Virus record (IMG/VR): IMGVR_UViG_3300010355_000481
DNA: 64,000 nucleotides
Source: an uncultured virus (IMG/VR IMGVR_UViG_3300010355_000481)
Lineage: Duplodnaviria > Heunggongvirae > Uroviricota > Caudoviricetes > Crassvirales
Reading direction: 5' to 3' (one strand)
Part shown: positions 48,282 through 58,618 of the stretch, piece after piece
Position numbering within the stretch: position 1 is the first letter of the stretch
Layout: each line of letters starts with the position of its first letter
Notes under the pieces: generated by a model
The model's input: only the letters and a program-made list of their open reading frames with translations
Databases searched by the model: none
Told to the model about the DNA's origin: nothing
Translations under genes and position numbers: made by a program

Positions 48282-48599
48282 TTATGCTTTAATGAAAACG
48301 GTGAATTTTTTTACGTAATGACTTTCTGGATTATTACCCAGTTTAAACTGTACGGTTACTGATTTAGTATGGCGCCCAGTTTTATTAGCACTATTGAAGG
48401 TAAACTTTACCATAATAGTTTCTTCGGCTTTGAGTGGTCCGAGCCTTGCGTCGGGAGTCGTACATCCGCAGCCGGCAGAGATTCTCGTAATCTCGATATC
48501 TTGGTTAAACTTATTGGTTATGGCAAATGAATTTTCTACTACTTGCCCTTGGTTGATTGTTCCTAAATCTAGGATTTCTGGTAAGGATGATGTTATCAT
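48282..48599 (-). CDS. DUF1573 Ig-like protein
   Basis: SAGCGCTTP signature. Confidence 0.8.
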   Translation of the reverse strand: MITSSLPEILDLGTINQGQVVENSFAITNKFNQDIEITRISAGCGCTTPDARLGPLKAEETIMVKFTFNSANKTGRHTKSVTVQFKLGNNPESHYVKKFTVFIKA

Positions 48600-48964
48600 A
48601 TATAATGTATTACTTGGTTTCTATGTATATCTACAAATATTCGATTGGCTGCTTTAAACAACCCCCAATCTTCTTTATTCATCATCGGTGGGAAACATTT
48701 CTGGTCACAACTATCATCACTCATAATAACTTCATCAGTAGGACATAAACAAGGACATTGGTTAGTAGCCAAGCAGTTTTTACCGATAGGATGAGCTTTT
48801 AACATGTCTTGTCTCCAGATGATCTGTTCTTTCCTAAAATCAGATACACCAAAGATTTGTCTGAATTTAGATTGGAGGTAAGCATAAACATGTGACCAGG
48901 TAAGATTATCTTTGGTTGCGGGTATATTTATTAGTCGTAAGAGATATATCAGGCTTGATTTCAT
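48596..48964 (-). CDS. Cys-cluster hypothetical protein
   Basis: C-x4-CPCLC...C-x3-CFPPMM. Confidence 0.55.
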   Translation of the reverse strand: MKSSLIYLLRLINIPATKDNLTWSHVYAYLQSKFRQIFGVSDFRKEQIIWRQDMLKAHPIGKNCLATNQCPCLCPTDEVIMSDDSCDQKCFPPMMNKEDWGLFKAANRIFVDIHRNQVIHYI

Positions 48965-49343
48965 AAGATTCGTAGGTTTTTTTACAGAATTCTCGTTGAC
49001 GTTGAGAAGTTTCTGCTTTGATTTTCTTAAATAAAGTGATTCTTCTGAGGTATAAAGAAAATAACATCTTTATACGTTTAGGTATTGGTTTAGTAATTCT
49101 TTCTGGGTAGGTGTCCTTGAGGTACTTTCGGTATTTAAGGTAACGACGGCAGGTATTCTCTACTTGGGTAGATTTTACGATAAATGATCCTACGCCCCCG
49201 AGATAAATATTAGCTTCATCTAAATTGATCATTCGTTCTTTCATCGTCGAGAAAACTTGGGTACCGATAGATTTTACTAACCTAACATCGATACCATGCT
49301 TATCTGCAACTTTCTGGTAAACATCGTTAATGTCGCTGATCAT
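48906..49343 (-). CDS. HU/IHF-like DNA-binding protein
   Basis: Two N-terminal helices then NIYLGGVGSFIVK. Confidence 0.6.
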   Translation of the reverse strand: MISDINDVYQKVADKHGIDVRLVKSIGTQVFSTMKERMINLDEANIYLGGVGSFIVKSTQVENTCRRYLKYRKYLKDTYPERITKPIPKRIKMLFSLYLRRITLFKKIKAETSQRQREFCKKTYESYEIKPDISLTTNKYTRNQR

Positions 49344-49680
49344 ACTTTACTTTTATGTTTAGTAAAATTTCGGTATCATTTAACGGAGGGAGATAAAGAG
49401 GTGATACCTCCTTATCGTCCGTTAATATTCCGTGTTTCTTTAGATATGTTCTGGCATTATCGATAGTTGCCTTAGACTTGAACATGTCTTTTTCGGTACG
49501 AGATCTTTCAATATGGTATTGATAAGAATCTTGATTAATACCTAAACGATAAAAATCAATGATCAAGTTAATATGAGCTGCACTCAAATTAACATTATAC
49601 TCTACTGTCTTTACCTTAAGGATAAGGCGATACAATTGAGTAATATCATCTAGGGTAATATTATCGTTTAAGGTAATCAT
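49327..49680 (-). CDS. Hypothetical protein, possible wHTH
   Basis: SKATIDNARTYLKKHGIL. Confidence 0.45.
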   Translation of the reverse strand: MITLNDNITLDDITQLYRLILKVKTVEYNVNLSAAHINLIIDFYRLGINQDSYQYHIERSRTEKDMFKSKATIDNARTYLKKHGILTDDKEVSPLYLPPLNDTEILLNIKVKYDQRH

Positions 49681-50087
49681 TAGTCTGCGTCTACATCTGT
49701 GTGATGAACCGTCATTATTGGTTTAGACTCTGGGGTAGGAGTTACTAATTCTTCCATCGAACCTGAAGTAGTTGCTTCGGCATCATACGACGGTGTGTTA
49801 GTAGGAACTTCCCATGGACCTTCAGTGGCTACTGGTTGATCTGCAGGTTGAGGTTGAGGAGCTTGGGCACGCTTACTAGCTTCGATTTCTAACAACAAAT
49901 GCTCTGTCATTGTTTTGTAGTACAATGCTTCGTAAATGTGTCTATGCTTTTTGGCCTCTAATTCAAGTACGACATTGTTCTCTTTGGTTACTTTGATGTA
50001 AGTCAAACGTTGTTGTTGTGTAAACTGAGGATTAGGTGCTTGGATAGTTGCACCTGGAACTGGTTGTTTTGGAGTTTCTTGGCTCAT
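49680..50087 (-). CDS. Hypothetical protein
   Basis: 135 aa; Pro/acidic tail. Confidence 0.6.
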   Translation of the reverse strand: MSQETPKQPVPGATIQAPNPQFTQQQRLTYIKVTKENNVVLELEAKKHRHIYEALYYKTMTEHLLLEIEASKRAQAPQPQPADQPVATEGPWEVPTNTPSYDAEATTSGSMEELVTPTPESKPIMTVHHTDVDAD

Positions 50088-50093
50088 ATTGGT

Positions 50094-50414
50094 TTAAGGT
50101 TTAGTTGTAATTACTGATAAAATTTGGCTGTCTAATATAAAGGTACACAATTTACCTGAATTAGGATTTACGAATGGGGGATTATAATCTGTCGAAGGAT
50201 CAGATAAGATCTTATCTCCTACTTTATAATCAACCACTTTATCCCCTACCCCTACTATAGTACCTAAATAGTCGTGGAAAGTTTTTACCGAAGATTCGAT
50301 AGTAGCTCCGGTTAAATCTGTTTTCGGGATAATTATACCCCCGTCGGTTTGCTCTTGCTGAACCGGAAGTTCTACTAGGACTTTACTGCCCTTAATTTCA
50401 AATATTGTAGTCAT
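50094..50414 (-). CDS. groES: GroES-like co-chaperonin
   Basis: KVLVE...TDGGIIIP...GTIVGVG...KVGDKIL...ILDSQILSVI; start revised to ATG 50414. Confidence 0.8.
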   Translation of the reverse strand: MTTIFEIKGSKVLVELPVQQEQTDGGIIIPKTDLTGATIESSVKTFHDYLGTIVGVGDKVVDYKVGDKILSDPSTDYNPPFVNPNSGKLCTFILDSQILSVITTKP

Positions 50415-50430
50415 ATATAGTTGTTTCAAT

Positions 50431-50438
50431 CAAAGGTA
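50431..50438 (-). promoter_or_regulatory. Promoter (-7 box) of the leftward operon
   Basis: TACCTTTGATTG. Confidence 0.6.
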
Positions 50439-50525
50439 TACACATATATAAGTTTTCCATATATTATATCTATGATTAACTGGGAGTTAACATGTATAGA
50501 TATGGGAAAGAGTACCTTTGTATTA

Positions 50526-50657
50526 ACAGTACCTCCCGTAAGAACAGCGCACCCGATGAGGTCGTTTCCCTATCAACGAATAGCCCAAGGCATAAGTTAT
50601 GGTAGAACCCCCAGAGTAGTCCAGTTGATCACGGACGGCTCTGGGATTTTTTTTTTA
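50526..50657 (+). ncRNA. Candidate sRNA
   Basis: TACCTTTG at 50513-50520; GC-rich structured body; CCCAGAG...CTCTGGG hairpin plus T-run. Confidence 0.45.
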
Positions 50658-50899
50658 TATTTTTTTTTTCGAGGTTGTTTGGGAGATATATACCGGAGGT
50701 TTTGACAGGCACCCCCTGGTGATTTTCTATAGGCAAATAGTGTTGTGCCCGTGTCTCTAAGGTACCATACTATTTTTTGTCGCGTCCGTGTCTATTGGGT
50801 ACCGACCCCTATTTAGGCCCCACGGTTGAATTGAGTGTTGAGGTACCGCCTACCTCGACGCATAAAACATTAAATTTAAAACAAATAAAAACAAAGAAA

Positions 50900-51382
50900 A
50901 TGAAAGCAAAAGTATTAGCTCTAAGCAACCCAGAAACTCAAACAGGAAACATTAACTTCGCTTACTGCGTTGCACCTGAAGGTATGGCAGTAGCATCACT
51001 CGTTAACAAAGCGTCACTCAAGGACTTTAATATCGATAAAGAAAAGAATCCTCGAGTAATGCGTGTTTGTATCACGGGGCACGGCGCACCTGCAGTGGGT
51101 AAAGATTTGGACGGTATCAATGTTAACACGACATTACGTGGTACTACCATCGAATTACCAGGCGCAAGCTTCGCGCTTAATAAGAATCGTACCGTATCTC
51201 GATTGGTACATAACATCGGTGTTAACCAAGAGGTTGCGAAACTCACAGGGTTAACGCTTTCAGGTGTTGACTTGTTAACCGCAGCGCATAACAGTGTTAA
51301 CGCAAATCGTACTAACCGTCGTGCTAGTGCTCAACCAACTCGCAGTGTAGCGTTCAACGCTTCTAATGAGATCACTGAATAG
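50900..51382 (+). CDS. Hypothetical protein, first rightward gene
   Basis: A-rich initiation region before ATG 50900; followed by a hairpin near 51397-51419. Confidence 0.7.
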   Translation: MKAKVLALSNPETQTGNINFAYCVAPEGMAVASLVNKASLKDFNIDKEKNPRVMRVCITGHGAPAVGKDLDGINVNTTLRGTTIELPGASFALNKNRTVSRLVHNIGVNQEVAKLTGLTLSGVDLLTAAHNSVNANRTNRRASAQPTRSVAFNASNEITE

Positions 51383-52266
51383 TATTGTTGTTGATAAGGG
51401 GCCTCTTCGGGGGCTACTTATCTTCTTATACAGCACATTAACGGCGTAAATGCTCATAATTATACAGTAAACCGTTGAATATCAGGGTATTATGTCAAAA
51501 TATCAACCTCGGGAGTATACCAAACAGTAAACATTGATTTTTGTACTCTTACACAAATTGAACAGAACCCTTGATAGGCTTGAATCGTCAAAAATAGGGG
51601 TACTAACGTACCTAAATTGAGGTAATTATATAACTAATTGAATATCAATACATTATGAAAGAGATAGATATATGGTATATCTTATGCAATAAGCTAGAGA
51701 AGGTAAAATGTAGACCATATATGGTAGAATTACCAGTAAGGAGAGAAATAACTAAGCGAATTGAGATAGAAATGCTCGGTAATATAGGCTTAATTCACCA
51801 AAATATATACAGAAATGTGTCTTGAAAGGGGCTAAAAGTGGCCCTCTGAGGTAGGTAGAGAAGATTAAAACCCTTGATAGGAGCGTATTTGATATACCTC
51901 AGTTCAAAAAAAGTTGCATCAACACAATGAGGTAATTGGTAATATGTGAATAGATGAATTATCTTATATTCTATTCTCTTTATCTCTCTTATAGTTCTTT
52001 ATACAGATGCTGATAAGATCTACAGTCGTTAACCTTTAAACCAATAATATGAAACGAATAAAATTCTCTCTCTATCAGTATATGAATAAATATAAAGGAT
52101 ATACTCATAGATCTGAATATAACCATATTAGTGATATACTATACGAATATTCATATGTTGGTATTATATACTATGATGTAATTATAGTTCCTAAATTTCG
52201 TAAGATATAATAAGATCCACAGTCGTCAAACAATTAATCATTAATCAACAACAAAACAATATTATC

Positions 52267-52530
52267 ATGAATATAACAGATATTATATTAGTAATGAAGA
52301 CAGTAAGAGAATTAGATCTTAATCAAGGTTTAATTATGTCACATGCCGAAGAATCAATTGCTATAGTTAAAAGAGAAGATACTAAAGGTATTTACTATAG
52401 TATTAACCATAGAATAGATGGTAAAACACAAAAACCTTATAATGATGACGACATTATGATGTTGTTATTAGTTAACAAAGAAAGATTTACACATAAATCT
52501 TATACAACTAAAATCGTAAACTTTAAATAA
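52267..52530 (+). CDS. Hypothetical protein
   Basis: 87 aa; A-rich initiation region. Confidence 0.6.
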   Translation: MNITDIILVMKTVRELDLNQGLIMSHAEESIAIVKREDTKGIYYSINHRIDGKTQKPYNDDDIMMLLLVNKERFTHKSYTTKIVNFK

Positions 52531-52543
52531 AACAATATACATT

Positions 52544-52960
52544 ATGCAAAAGAAATCATATGTAATCAAAGAAGGTGTAGTTAACCTCGAATTAACTAAT
52601 AAAGAGTATTCACAATACTTATTATTTAAACTTGGATGTTCACCTAGCGTATTAGGAAAACCTTTTGATGATATTATACCTACTATTATTAAAGGTATTG
52701 GGAATGAATATCCTGATTTATCTATTCCGGAAGTTTTAGATAAATTAGCAAATGTTCAAAAGGTATTAGAATTATACTGTCCGACAATTGATCCTATACA
52801 AACAGAAATTGCTCCAGGAGGATTTAAAAATACACCTGAAGGTATAGTAGAAAGTGCTAAACAACCATTACAAGGTAAATATGATGAAAATGGTAAACTT
52901 ATCGCGGAAGAATCTGCAGAAGGCCCTAAAGTTATAGGTAAAATCGAACCCTTTAGATAA
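52544..52960 (+). CDS. Hypothetical protein
   Basis: 138 aa. Confidence 0.65.
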   Translation: MQKKSYVIKEGVVNLELTNKEYSQYLLFKLGCSPSVLGKPFDDIIPTIIKGIGNEYPDLSIPEVLDKLANVQKVLELYCPTIDPIQTEIAPGGFKNTPEGIVESAKQPLQGKYDENGKLIAEESAEGPKVIGKIEPFR

Positions 52961-53219
52961 ATGTACTTATATACCAAAAATGGTTACATATGTATATGAA
53001 TATGCTAAATCTGTAGGAGACGGTAAAAACGAATATTGGTTTGTTAATCAATGGGGAAATAAACAATACATATCTGAAGAAGAATACCATATCATTAACG
53101 ATACAGTAATAGCTTCACAAATGCATTAATAATATAAAGAGAGGAAGGATCCAGGCGTCGTTGCACTGTCCAGTTTCTGGTCGCCGACCTTGGTTTCCTC
53201 TCTTTAATTTAAAAACAAC

Positions 53220-53513
53220 ATGAAAGAAATAATAATAATACTTTTAGGTATATGTACACTTATATCTATGGTATATAATCCAAATGTAGAACATCAATGT
53301 ATTGATCAAACACATCTTACATGTGATGGTAATTGTGATTGCGATGGATTAGGGTGCGGAGAATATATTATACATCCTAAGTATTGTATGTGTGAATTCT
53401 GTATCGAAGCAACTGATTCGGGTGTTAGAAATTATACTCTCAAAGAAAATAAAGATAGTATATTTATATTCAACGAAGAGAATTTATTAATCGAATCATA
53501 TAAACTACGATAA
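53220..53513 (+). CDS. Membrane-anchored Cys-rich small protein
   Basis: Hydrophobic N-terminus; CDGNCDCDGLGC. Confidence 0.55.
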   Translation: MKEIIIILLGICTLISMVYNPNVEHQCIDQTHLTCDGNCDCDGLGCGEYIIHPKYCMCEFCIEATDSGVRNYTLKENKDSIFIFNEENLLIESYKLR

Positions 53514-56225
53514 TGAAACAAGTAAAAAATGATACAATTATAGGTGAGTTTGATTTAGAGATTTGGTTTTCTTTGTGGCCTAAATATCGTAATTTACAAC
53601 TTGTTTATACTAAAGTACATTTTAATGATACAATAAGTTCAATCAAACGTATAAAATATAATTTATGAAACAGATAAACACTCGAGGATTTGTCAGTAAT
53701 TTCGAATTAAATATTTGGTATCATCTGCGTACTCTAGTTAATGAATTACATCTTTATTATTTCAACACACAAATAGGTACTAAATTAACTGCAATCTCTT
53801 CAATGAAACGTAATTTATGAAACAAATAACTATTCAAAATAACATATGAAGAAAACATTTATGTATACATATAAAGATATACTTAATATATCTCGTATAT
53901 GCCCTGTAGATATTAGATATAGGTTTATTTGGGGTATATTATCCGAAATCCCTATTTATCAATTTAAAAATCAAATAATGTTTAATATATGAACCATATA
54001 GATGTTGATTTGTACGCTATCCTTAATCGCGTGAGTACAATAAGACCTACACAATCTAAATTTACTGTTATATCAACATATTTAAGTAAGTATGATTTTT
54101 ATGATATGATGACTCAAAAAACACTTCTAAATCTTAATTATGAAACCGATTAAAATACCTGGCTCACGTTCTTGTTACGCAAAAATTCTAGAAATAGTTA
54201 ATCTTTTCGACAATAATAATAATGTTAAATTTATAGCTTTACCCTTGTATACTTATACTTATCGTTCTATGTATTTTTTAATCATTAGCAATTCGTATAA
54301 ATCATGAGATCAGTTAAACAAATTAAACAATATCCAATAGATTTTGAATACAAACATGCTTATCATAATATATATGTTAGACTTTATTGGTTTAGTTACC
54401 ATAATATGCACAATGCAATAATTTTTAATTCTTATTCACACTAAAAACAAACAAAATGTTTAAAATAATCAAAATTGCAGCCTTAACAATTAGTTTATGG
54501 GTAATATCCCTATTAACTTTCCAAATATTTATACATAGTCCTATACCTAGTGTAAGTAAATGGACTTCTAATTTATACCTTCAAGCTATTTATGCAGGAG
54601 CTATAATAGGTTTATTCTTTTTTCTATTTACATACATTGTTATTAAAATAATGGATCTAATATATAGATATAATAATGGGCGGAGTTAAACAAACTATTT
54701 ACAATCAAGCTTGTTGCCATACTTTAGATCTATGTTGGCATGGTTATATTAATCTTCTTTTCAATCATCCAAAATATGTCCCATTTGGATTAAGGGGTCA
54801 AAAAAATACAATTTGTGGTAATATATGAATCAGATAGAATTAATTCCTCATGGGATTCTTCTTGGAAAAAGAGAAACTATGTTAATATTTATACGTCAGA
54901 AGTATCCACTTTTCGATATATACAAACAAACACGTATAAATTTTAGATGGTTTTTTCAATAATTAGTAAATGATATAACAGATAATGTATGAATAAAGTT
55001 GGATATAGAATTTGGAACAAAAAAATACATGAACGAGCTAAATTAAGAGATTTAGTTTATAGTTATGGACATTTATTAGTAGATTATCGAAATGTATTTA
55101 TAGGATTAGGTATTACCCCATTAGTTAACGATGTAACAGAAAGTTTTTATGAACCCAACAAATATTTGTAGGACTAGAGCTATACTCAAAAATAAAGAAT
55201 ATCTTCCAGATTATGAGATATTCCTAAAATATCTAGGTACTGACATGTATTTTAAATTAAAAGATACATTTATATATGAGTTTAGGTACAAAGAAATTAA
55301 CATTACAACTCTTAGAAATTTATGAAACAATTATATATATGGTGGAAAACACCTATTGGCGATTTATATTTTTATCTTGTAAAGATTATAGATGTAAATC
55401 CTCAATTCCCCGATGCATATATTGTAAAAATTAATGTAAATAGTAATTTATGATAAGAGTAGAATTATGGTATAATACACCCATTCAAGGGGTATATCAT
55501 CTTTGTATGGAAATGTGCCCAAAACTTATTAGAGATACGAGAATAGAATTCATGGGTTTAAATATTTAATCCAATTACATTCATGAGATCAGTACATATA
55601 CAGCTTATCCACTATACTAAAGAATTTATTTATAAAGATAGACAATTTAATTGTAACTATTCTGTATTTAATCTCATTTATAAAGAGAAGCCGGCTATTT
55701 ATGATATTTTTTTCACAAATATAGATGATTATAAATTTACAATCTTAACTAATTTAAAGTATGAGAAGAGTTCAGAACGATATACGACCTTTACTGTTAC
55801 AATTTGATGATCATATATGGACTACTTTATGTAAACATTACCCTCATTTGTATACTATATATAGAAAAACTTCTATAAATAGACAATTAATTAGTAATCG
55901 AATAATTTCAAGAATATATGAAATCAATTAGTAGACATTTACAAATTTGTATACAACGATATGATAATAATGTTTGGAGTGATTTGTGTAAATGTAAATG
56001 TCATCTTCAATTTTATGAAGCATATAGAAAAAGTTCTATAAATCATTTATTAATTAAAAATCAAATAACTTTAAGCCTGTGAAATCAATTAATCAACACA
56101 TACATTCTTATAAATATCGTTTAGATAGTTACATTTGGAATGTTTTACATCAACATTATGTTGGTATATATCATATGTTTGTAAAAACTAATATAACCGA
56201 TAAATTGCCTAATTTTAAATTATGA
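53513..56225 (+). other. Array of translationally coupled micro-ORFs (mostly 40-75 aa)
   Basis: Chained by ATGA-type overlaps; several share a DxxIW motif. Confidence 0.65.
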
Positions 56226-56369
56226 AAAATATTATAATCCTTTTTATCCTTATATGTGTGCTATGTTCGTGTCAACGACAATACACATACCAATGTACTT
56301 CTCCCAAAGGAGATGTATACTATAAGTCCATGAACGATAGTCAGTATTCTATCTACATGTCCAATATCG

Positions 56370-56747
56370 GTGACAAAACACAATGCTGTAAACAATAATC
56401 CTTTAAAATCAGTAACGATGACTGAAAATCAAATACAATTTTTAATAGAACATTTCTTTAGTAAAGATACTACTATTACGAACACGTCAGAAATAGCCCG
56501 TAAATTAATACTAGATTCTACTTGTATAGTTGCCGGCTTAGAAAATCCTTGGAAAGGGGGTATTGGTAATTTTATTACTGATAAACCTACACCAGGTGCT
56601 TATAATTGCACTACACTTACATTTAATAAAGCAGATTTTTTTAAATCATTTATATTTAAAGAAGAATTAGCTAAAGTAACGGCTCGTCATCAAAATGAAT
56701 TATATTTGCTTAATATAAAAACACAAGAAATCTTATCATTATTATAA
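56370..56747 (+). CDS. Hypothetical protein
   Basis: ORF; start possibly at MTENQIQ. Confidence 0.6.
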   Translation: MTKHNAVNNNPLKSVTMTENQIQFLIEHFFSKDTTITNTSEIARKLILDSTCIVAGLENPWKGGIGNFITDKPTPGAYNCTTLTFNKADFFKSFIFKEELAKVTARHQNELYLLNIKTQEILSLL

Positions 56748-56770
56748 ATCTTAAAAACAAAAAAAACAAG

Positions 56771-57331
56771 ATGAAACAAACAGTAACAGCAACATTTTTA
56801 TTAGCAACATTCCTTGCTGATCCAAGTAACAAACAAACGTTTGTAAAATTTAACTCTAAAGAAGAGCTTGATCGTATCTTTGATATTATCAAAGTCGAAA
56901 AAATAGAAGAAGGTTTAGATGCTATTAATAAACCATTTAAAGAAAAACTTCCTTTTCCTATATTTATAAGTTTCGGATTAGGATTTGGTACCAATCTATC
57001 TGTATTAATTACTGGAAGCATAGTACCTAGCGAAATCTTAGTAGCTAATACAGCACAACCTTCGCAAGAACCTAAATGTACTTGCGACAAGCCAAAACAA
57101 GTATTAAAAAGTGTAGAAGTTACACCTGATTTACTTGAATCTTTATTAATCGATGCTTTAGGTCTTAATCCTGAAAATGTCGAAGAATCTTTATTACTTG
57201 TAATAAATGATCAACGTAAAGAAATTGAATCACAATCTGATATTATCAAACAATGGAAAAACGATAATGAAGTTTTTATGGATAGAGTAGAACTTCTTAT
57301 GGAATTACGCGAAAAGAAAAAACAAGCTTAA
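56771..57331 (+). CDS. Hypothetical protein
   Basis: 186 aa; coiled-coil C-terminus. Confidence 0.65.
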   Translation: MKQTVTATFLLATFLADPSNKQTFVKFNSKEELDRIFDIIKVEKIEEGLDAINKPFKEKLPFPIFISFGLGFGTNLSVLITGSIVPSEILVANTAQPSQEPKCTCDKPKQVLKSVEVTPDLLESLLIDALGLNPENVEESLLLVINDQRKEIESQSDIIKQWKNDNEVFMDRVELLMELREKKKQA

Positions 57332-57343
57332 ATTAATATTTAT

Positions 57344-57377
57344 AATTACCCTGACTATTATTATAGTTAGGGTAATT
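57344..57377. other. Long inverted repeat (processing site or terminator)
   Basis: AATTACCCTGACTAT-TATT-ATAGTTAGGGTAATT. Confidence 0.55.
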
Positions 57378-57398
57378 TTACCTTAAAAACAAACAAAA

Positions 57399-57752
57399 AT
57401 GAAGAAGAAAATCATTTATTTATGCGTAGCTATCGAAGTTAACAACAACGAAGCTTACGAACAAAAGGAGATTGATCAGAATATCCAAGCAATCTTAAAT
57501 ATCAAATTATACGATAACGTAGATAAGAAAACAGTATCTCCATTATCTGTTGGCGAAATTAAGCCTGGTAATACAATTCAAAGATTGTTTGATCTTAAAT
57601 CATCCATATCTGAACATACTGCTAAATTAGGTTTAGGGGCTTCTGGACATATTACATCTAAATTATTAAATGTAGTACAAAGTGTTATTGATGAAAGTCC
57701 ATTCAAGCCTAAATTAATCAGTGATTATGAAAGAGTTTTTGGGCCAAAGTAA
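57399..57752 (+). CDS. Hypothetical protein
   Basis: 117 aa. Confidence 0.6.
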   Translation: MKKKIIYLCVAIEVNNNEAYEQKEIDQNIQAILNIKLYDNVDKKTVSPLSVGEIKPGNTIQRLFDLKSSISEHTAKLGLGASGHITSKLLNVVQSVIDESPFKPKLISDYERVFGPK

Positions 57753-58095
57753 AATGCGAAAATTACTAGCTATACCTAAATTCTTACGATATACATCTTA
57801 TTCCTGGAGTTATGCAATAGATAAAACAATAACAGCAACCGTTTATAAAGAATTTTACTTTCATAACGTCGATTGTCGTATTATAAAAAATGCTATAATT
57901 AGAAATTATGGATAAGATAAATATCACTTTAAAAGACAGAACCTTTCAATTACGCCTTAATCTAATGAAAGATATAAAACACCGTAATAATAAAGCTTCA
58001 TTAGGTTATCGTATTTGTATTTCCACAGAACTTGCTGCCGTAATCAATATTTGTACGAATAGAGCTCGTTTACCTTTAATAAATCTCAATTAATT

Positions 58096-58467
58096 ATGAT
58101 TACAGAATTTTTATTATTGTATATATTACTTATACATTTCTTAGCAGATTTTGCTTTACAGACTCATCATCAAGCTGTAAATAAAAGCACCGACGTAATG
58201 CAATTAACTTATCATTGTTTAGTCTATACATTTATATGGACATTAGCAGTGTTAGGATTACCATTTGTAATGGGTCCTAGTTATTTTGGATTTATATGTT
58301 ATACGTTCATTACTCATTATATTACTGATTATTGTACAAGTAGAATAGGCAAACCCTATTGGGAAAATCAAGATTTTCATAATGGGTTTGTTATAGTAGG
58401 GATTGATCAAATAATTCATTATATCACGCTCTATATTTCATTAAAATACATATTAAATATCTTATGA
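58096..58467 (+). CDS. DUF3307 membrane protein
   Basis: HFLADFALQ...H...THYITD...GIDQIIH. Confidence 0.8.
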   Translation: MITEFLLLYILLIHFLADFALQTHHQAVNKSTDVMQLTYHCLVYTFIWTLAVLGLPFVMGPSYFGFICYTFITHYITDYCTSRIGKPYWENQDFHNGFVIVGIDQIIHYITLYISLKYILNIL

Positions 58468-58618
58468 ACATTTCAAATATTCTTACTATTATCTTATCGA
58501 TAGTATTATTTAGCATAGCATGTCATTTGCTTAACCAACCATCAGATTGGGCTGCCGCATGCGGTATTCTGATAATTATTTCTTTAATTTATAAACTTAT
58601 AAAAACAATTCAAAAATT

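Noticed and set aside
243..48748. Numerous short plus-strand or nested ORFs inside late genes
   Set aside because: Antisense or alternate-frame shadows of long, motif-bearing genes.
50545..50585. Hammerhead ribozyme (ccgatgag...cgaa)
   Set aside because: Core deviates from CUGAUGA/GAAA and the required stems are not evident.
50421..50899. 94-aa ORF and the N-terminal extension of the 50777 ORF
   Set aside because: They cross regulatory or homopolymer sequence; ATG 50900 has the typical A-rich initiation context.
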